Assembly: GCA_030606485.1 (NCBI GenBank)
Contig: JAUWGH010000005.1
Span: 210,001-242,000, forward strand
Origin: Promethearchaeota archaeon
GTDB taxonomy: Archaea > Asgardarchaeota > Lokiarchaeia > Sigyniarchaeales > SOKP01
Reading direction: 5' to 3'
Length of the DNA stretch: 32,000 nt
Both the position numbers and the translations under genes were made by a program. The number at the start of each line of letters is the position of its first letter. Position 1 is the first letter of the stretch. Below are positions 27,681 through 32,000 of the stretch, one piece after another. The notes beneath the pieces are model-generated. The model had not been told where the DNA came from. It saw nothing but the letters and a program-made list of their open reading frames with translations, and ran no database searches.

Positions 27681-28985
27681 ATGCCTAAGGAATTACCGCA
27701 TTTAAATTTGATTATAATCGGTCATGTCGACCATGGCAAATCAACCATGATGGGACACATGCTAATACTCGCAGGAGCTATCTCAGACCGCGAAGCAAGG
27801 GAACTTGAAAAACTTGCGAAAGAACTCGACCGTGAATCCTGGAAATTCGCCTATGTACTTGATAGACTAAAAGAAGAGCGAGAACGTGGACTTACAATAG
27901 ACCTTGCGTTCAGAAGATTCAATACAAATAACTTTTACTTCACTATAATTGATGCACCAGGACATGCGGATTTTGTTAAAAATATGATAACCGGCGCCTC
28001 TCAAGCAGACGCAGCAGTTCTCGTAGTTTCCGGTAAAAAAGGAGAATTCGAAACTGGAATTGCAGCTAATGGTCAAACCACTGAACACGCATATCTTGCC
28101 CAAACTTTGGGAATTAAACAATTGGTTGTCGCAGTTAATAAAGCGGACGACGCAACATATAACTATTCTGAAGATCGGTTCAATGAAGTAAAAGATGGAG
28201 TCTCTAATCTCTTAAAAAGAATTGGCTTTAACATTAAAGATATTGAATTTGTACCAGTTAGTGGAATTATAGGTGATAATATCATTGAAAAAAGTGATAA
28301 AACTCCTTGGTATGATGGGCCAACACTTTTCGATGCAATGGACAAATTTAAAATCCCTGAAAAACCATTGGATAAGCCATTGAGGTTGCCGATACAGGAT
28401 GCGTATAAAATAAAGGGCACAGGCGTTGTACCCGTTGGCAGAGTTGAGACGGGTGTAATGAAGGTTGGAGAAGAAATTCTTATAATGCCCACAGGCTTCA
28501 AAGGGGAGGTTCGGAGCATCGAAATGCATCATGAAGGCTATGATAAGGCGGAACCAGGTGATAATATTGGATTCAGCATTCGAGGTATAACTATGGATGA
28601 TGTCCATCGTGGAGATGTCTTAGGTCATCCAAATGATCCTCCTACAGTTATTGCCAAAACAGGTAAATTTATGGGACAAATGATGGTTATATGGCACCCT
28701 ACAGCAATAGCACAAGGTTATACACCGGTAGTTCATGCTCATACTTCACAGACAGCTTGCAAGTTTATTAATCTGGTTAAAAAAATTGACCAAAAGACAG
28801 GTGCTGTCATTGAAGATAACCCAAAATTTATAAAACGAAACGAGGTTGCATTTATTGAGATGCAACCTTTAAAGAGACTCTGTGTTGAGAAATACTCAGA
28901 GATCCCAGAGTTAGGTAGATTCGCCGTACGTGATATGGGAAGAACTGTAGCAGTTGGGATCATAAAAGAAATTACGCCAGAGTAA
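27681..28985 (+). CDS. tuf: Translation elongation factor EF-1alpha (aEF1A)
   Basis: GHVDHGKST, EERERGLTID, IIDAPGHADFVKNMITGASQAD, NKAD, PLRLPIQD, VPVGRVETG and GRFAVRDMGRTVAVG. Confidence 0.96.
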   Translation: MPKELPHLNLIIIGHVDHGKSTMMGHMLILAGAISDREARELEKLAKELDRESWKFAYVLDRLKEERERGLTIDLAFRRFNTNNFYFTIIDAPGHADFVKNMITGASQADAAVLVVSGKKGEFETGIAANGQTTEHAYLAQTLGIKQLVVAVNKADDATYNYSEDRFNEVKDGVSNLLKRIGFNIKDIEFVPVSGIIGDNIIEKSDKTPWYDGPTLFDAMDKFKIPEKPLDKPLRLPIQDAYKIKGTGVVPVGRVETGVMKVGEEILIMPTGFKGEVRSIEMHHEGYDKAEPGDNIGFSIRGITMDDVHRGDVLGHPNDPPTVIAKTGKFMGQMMVIWHPTAIAQGYTPVVHAHTSQTACKFINLVKKIDQKTGAVIEDNPKFIKRNEVAFIEMQPLKRLCVEKYSEIPELGRFAVRDMGRTVAVGIIKEITPE

Positions 28986-28990
28986 AAATT

Positions 28991-29085
28991 TATTTTTTTT
29001 TAAATATATTTTATTCCTTTATATTTTTTGTAATTTAATTTTTCTATATTTTTTTATTTTCTTTTTAATTTGTTTTTTCTTCTTT
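28991..29085 (+). terminator. T-rich terminator region after EF-1alpha
   Basis: Multiple oligo-T tracts immediately after the stop codon. Confidence 0.5.
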
Positions 29086-29207
29086 TATGTATCAAAGAAA
29101 GTAATTTTTCAATTATAAAATAAATAAATGTTAATTGAAAAAAGGAAAAGAAAAAAAAATCAATAAATATAGATAGAAGATATAGGAATTAAAAATGAAA
29201 ATAGAAA

Positions 29208-29453
29208 ATGATAAGTATGGTGGATAAACAAAAAATTTATAAAAATTTAAGGTATTTTAGCATAATTCCGCTGATCCTAGGAGTTGGTTCGATAATATAT
29301 GGAATAATTCTTGTTGATAGACCTGGGGATACAAGTCTCATTTTTAGTAATATATTATCTGGAATAATTCTAACTGTTTTGGGTCTAATTTGTCTTTTTC
29401 TTGAACCTATTGAAAATAAAATCATGGGTTTTCGGCAGGATAACCAACTTTAA
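29208..29453 (+). CDS. Small 2-TM membrane protein
   Basis: Two hydrophobic helices in an 81-aa ORF. Confidence 0.6.
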   Translation: MISMVDKQKIYKNLRYFSIIPLILGVGSIIYGIILVDRPGDTSLIFSNILSGIILTVLGLICLFLEPIENKIMGFRQDNQL

Positions 29454-29584
29454 TACGCAATTTAAAAGAAGAGTCAGATAAATCCTAAAATTTTATGAAA
29501 ATTTAGAGTAAATTAATTTAAAATTTTTAATTGATATTTACATAATGAAAATTTTATAAAAAAAAAACTTTTTTTAAGAATTTA

Positions 29585-30795
29585 TCAATTGCTTCTTTGC
29601 TTAATTCGATTTGTTTTTATTTTTCTTTTTAAAATGGCAAGCGATATAAAAGCAGAAATGAGAAGAATCAAGATATTATATCCGCTAATTTCTAGACCAG
29701 AGATATCAACTATAACTGTATCGGATATTCCATATTGATTTTGATCGTCATAATATTCAATAGTGTATTTAAAAGAGCCTGAAACGGTTCGGTTAATTGG
29801 GATATTAAGAGTAATATTATTGGTCCATGATGTCCAATTTTTCCACATATAATTATTGCCGCTAGTATCATTAGCTAACACGCGATATAGACCTCCTGCA
29901 CAATCATCATATAGTGTCCAATTTATTGTTTCTGAACCTGTTTTAGTAGTTGTAATATCTGCTGGATGAGATGATGTTGGAAGTTCATTTTTTATACGTT
30001 GTGCATATATATCCCAATGAGAAAGAGACCTCCAATCTGCCCACGTGATGATTGCACCTCCTGCTCCATCACTACAAACCTGAGGTTCTTTTTGGGTAGC
30101 AGCCTTTGTACATATAGCACTTCCGTCAAGTGTCCATTGAATACTTCCAGCTGAATTAACTCGCTGTGCATAAATGTCATTAGAAGTCCCTCTTTGATCT
30201 TGCCATGTGATAATAGCTCCATTAGATCCGTCGGTTATAATTTGAGGATAATTTTGATCGTCGATAGCTCCACATATTTCTATTCCGTCAAGTGTCCATT
30301 GAATACTTCCAGCTGAATTAACTCGCTGTGCGTAAATATCCATATCTACTGTTCCTCTATCATCTTCCCACACAATGATAGCTCCCCCAGCATCGTCACT
30401 ACAAATTTGAGGAGAATATTGAAAATCGCTTTCCGCGCATATAGCCCTACCATTGGAAGTCCATTGTACATCTCCATTAGAATTAATTCGCTGAGCGTAA
30501 ATATCATAAGTAGCTCCTCTTGAATCTGCCCACACAATAATTGCACCGCCTGCCCCATCACTGCAAATTTGAGGAATAACTTGATGATCGTCTGAAGTAC
30601 ATATGGGCTTACTCTCAGTTCCCCAAGCAATTCCCCAAGATAAATTAGGCAAATTTTTTATAGAACTCGTTGAAGTTATGTTATTATTACTCGCTGATGA
30701 CCAAAAAATTAATAGAGACGTATTTATCATAAATAAAAGTGTTGTAATTATGAATAAATGTATTAATAATGAACCTTTAAAATTTTTTTTCTCAT
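29585..30795 (-). CDS. Cell-surface repeat protein with Loki-CTERM-like anchor; signal-peptide start at 30795 is out of frame with the 29585-30730 ORF
   Basis: Four ~54-aa repeats PQ.CSDG.GGAII.W.D.RG...DIYAQR.NS.G..QW, an Ig-like domain, and C-terminal ISGYNILILLISAFISLAILKRKIK. Confidence 0.8.
30121..30331. repeat. Intragenic 49-bp exact direct repeat, 162-bp period
   Basis: TTCCGTCAAGTGTCCATTGAATACTTCCAGCTGAATTAACTCGCTGTGC at 30121-30169 and 30283-30331. Confidence 0.9.
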
Positions 30796-31030
30796 GATTT
30801 TACCCATCTTCAACTCTATTTTTAAAAAATATTATTAGAAGTGTATAATATTTCATTTTTCCTATATTTATACATTTTCGTTGATAGAATTTACTAAGAA
30901 AAATAGAAGTGCTTTCGGGGAAATTTTTACAAATATTTCAAGAAATTTAACATTTTTTAACTACTTTTTTTCATTTCTCTTTTTTTTTTGTAGTTAATTA
31001 TTTCGAGGTATTTTTAATTTTTTTACTGTT

Positions 31031-31822
31031 TTATTTCTGTTTAAGATAACCGGGAGCAAACATTTTTTTACAGATTTCGGGGAGGTCCCTCTCATCATAT
31101 TTTATTGTGATGTATCGCAAGATGTGATTGATAGTGAGGATTCTAAGAAGATCTTTCCCGTAATTCTCGAGCATACCGGATTTAACCCCCAAAATAAGGG
31201 GTATTAATTCATGGTTTTCGGTATATTTTATCCTAATTGTTATTCCAGGAAAGATTTCTTTATTTAACTCCCAGAAGTCTTTATATTTAATGAAGGTCCC
31301 ACCAATAAATTCTGCTATATTCGGAATATCTTCATTAATTATAAAATAGAACGAGGGGCTTCTTTCATCAATGGCATTTTTTAACATTTCAGATTGTTTT
31401 TCTTTACCGGATTTAAATGGTTCTTTATTTATAATTATTCTTTCGGCGTAATTCATCATAATATCTATAAAATTTGCGAGGTCTTCCCCGGGAATCCACC
31501 TTATACGCTCACCTGAAAAGAAAAATTTTAATTGATCCGTTTCATTTGACCCAAACTCATCTCCATAATAAAAATAGATTGTGTGAATTTTAACATCAGG
31601 AAAAAAAGTTTTAGTTATTGTCCAATCTTCATTCAACCCTGTGTTTTCAAGTGTGCCCCCGATAATATTTTTTGTCACATTTTTAAGTTGTTCTTCAGTG
31701 AGTGTTCTGAAGGTATTAGCTTTTCTCCTCCCAATTTCCTTTAATTCTTTTTTATGGGGGCTACTGATAGAAGTTACTCCATCTATTTCATTAATTGAAT
31801 AAAGCTCTTTATGTTTCTCCAT
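31031..31822 (-). CDS. DUF3786-like protein with internally duplicated domain
   Basis: FFPDVKIHTIYFYYGDEFG...FFFSGERIRWIPGEDLANF resembles DUF3786. The second half repeats IGG...W...K..FP.I.I. Confidence 0.6.
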   Translation of the reverse strand: MEKHKELYSINEIDGVTSISSPHKKELKEIGRRKANTFRTLTEEQLKNVTKNIIGGTLENTGLNEDWTITKTFFPDVKIHTIYFYYGDEFGSNETDQLKFFFSGERIRWIPGEDLANFIDIMMNYAERIIINKEPFKSGKEKQSEMLKNAIDERSPSFYFIINEDIPNIAEFIGGTFIKYKDFWELNKEIFPGITIRIKYTENHELIPLILGVKSGMLENYGKDLLRILTINHILRYITIKYDERDLPEICKKMFAPGYLKQK

Positions 31823-31913
31823 ATTTTCAGACCTATAAATTATAGATATAAAAGATACTATTAAAACATAAAATTATATCTTCATGAATTTTTCTGAATT
31901 TATTACAATAAAT

Positions 31914-31928
31914 AAAAAAAAAAAAAAA
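31914..31928 (-). terminator. T15 tract on the minus strand, terminator candidate for a gene entering from the right edge
   Basis: A15 run on the + strand, about 40 bp past the putative stop at 31967. Confidence 0.4.
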
Positions 31929-31966
31929 GAAAAATAAATTTAATATTATTAAGCTTTACTACATTC

Positions 31967-31999
31967 TTAATTCTTGTATCCACAGGCTTCGCGAATAAT
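31967..31999 (-). CDS. 3' end of a gene truncated by the window edge (...IIREACGYKN*)
   Basis: GC-richer open frame from the edge to TAA, followed by a T-tract. Confidence 0.3.
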   Translation of the reverse strand: MIREACGYKN

Positions 32000-32000
32000 T

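Noticed and set aside
27867-28963. Several minus-strand ORFs within EF-1alpha
   Set aside because: Shadows of a highly conserved gene.
27681-28985. Alternative identity as HBS1/eRF3, SelB or CysN
   Set aside because: Length and continuous motif conservation through all three domains match EF-1alpha.
28990-29200. T-rich followed by A-rich tract considered as a long hairpin or ncRNA
   Set aside because: Only low-complexity complementarity; explained by a terminator plus the next promoter.
30121-30331. Direct repeat considered as a CRISPR array
   Set aside because: Only two copies, 49 bp long, with an in-frame 162-bp period inside a CDS; no cas genes.
29992-30797. Alternate-frame repetitive ORFs (76, 94 and 64 aa)
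   Set aside because: They arise from the repeats of the surface-protein gene, or are antisense to it.
1-32000. tRNA, rRNA, transposase, integrase or viral hallmark genes
   Set aside because: None recognised by eye; tRNAscan-SE, Infernal and ISEScan were not run.

Overview
AT-rich archaeal chromosomal window, most likely from an Asgard archaeon (Lokiarchaeia/Promethearchaeia). This is inferred from a Rab-like small GTPase, an EF-1alpha carrying the 11-aa eocyte/eukaryote-type insertion, a Loki-CTERM-like surface protein and a multi-barrel prenyltransferase-repeat surface protein. It holds three DNA-processing genes, each atypical: a FEN1 homolog with altered catalytic residues but a C-terminal PIP box, a Hef/FANCM helicase whose ERCC4 domain looks nuclease-dead, and a Hel308/Ski2-like helicase with a SWIM zinc finger inserted in its winged-helix region. 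It also holds a divergent TFIIB-like gene, a truncated class II ribonucleotide reductase, two GC-richer alpha/beta hydrolases and several membrane proteins. The best candidate for an undescribed system is a tightly coupled minus-strand cluster (about 8401-13335), divergent from the SWIM-helicase. It encodes a beta-rich Ig/appendage-like protein, a 796-aa 2-TM protein, a tetraspan with a claudin-like W...GW-C-C loop, a 2-TM protein and a broken small TM gene. Two genes (the GTPase and the surface repeat protein) are out of frame with their natural start codon by one base in an A-run. No tRNA, rRNA, CRISPR array or transposase was recognised. All family calls are by eye; no searches were run.
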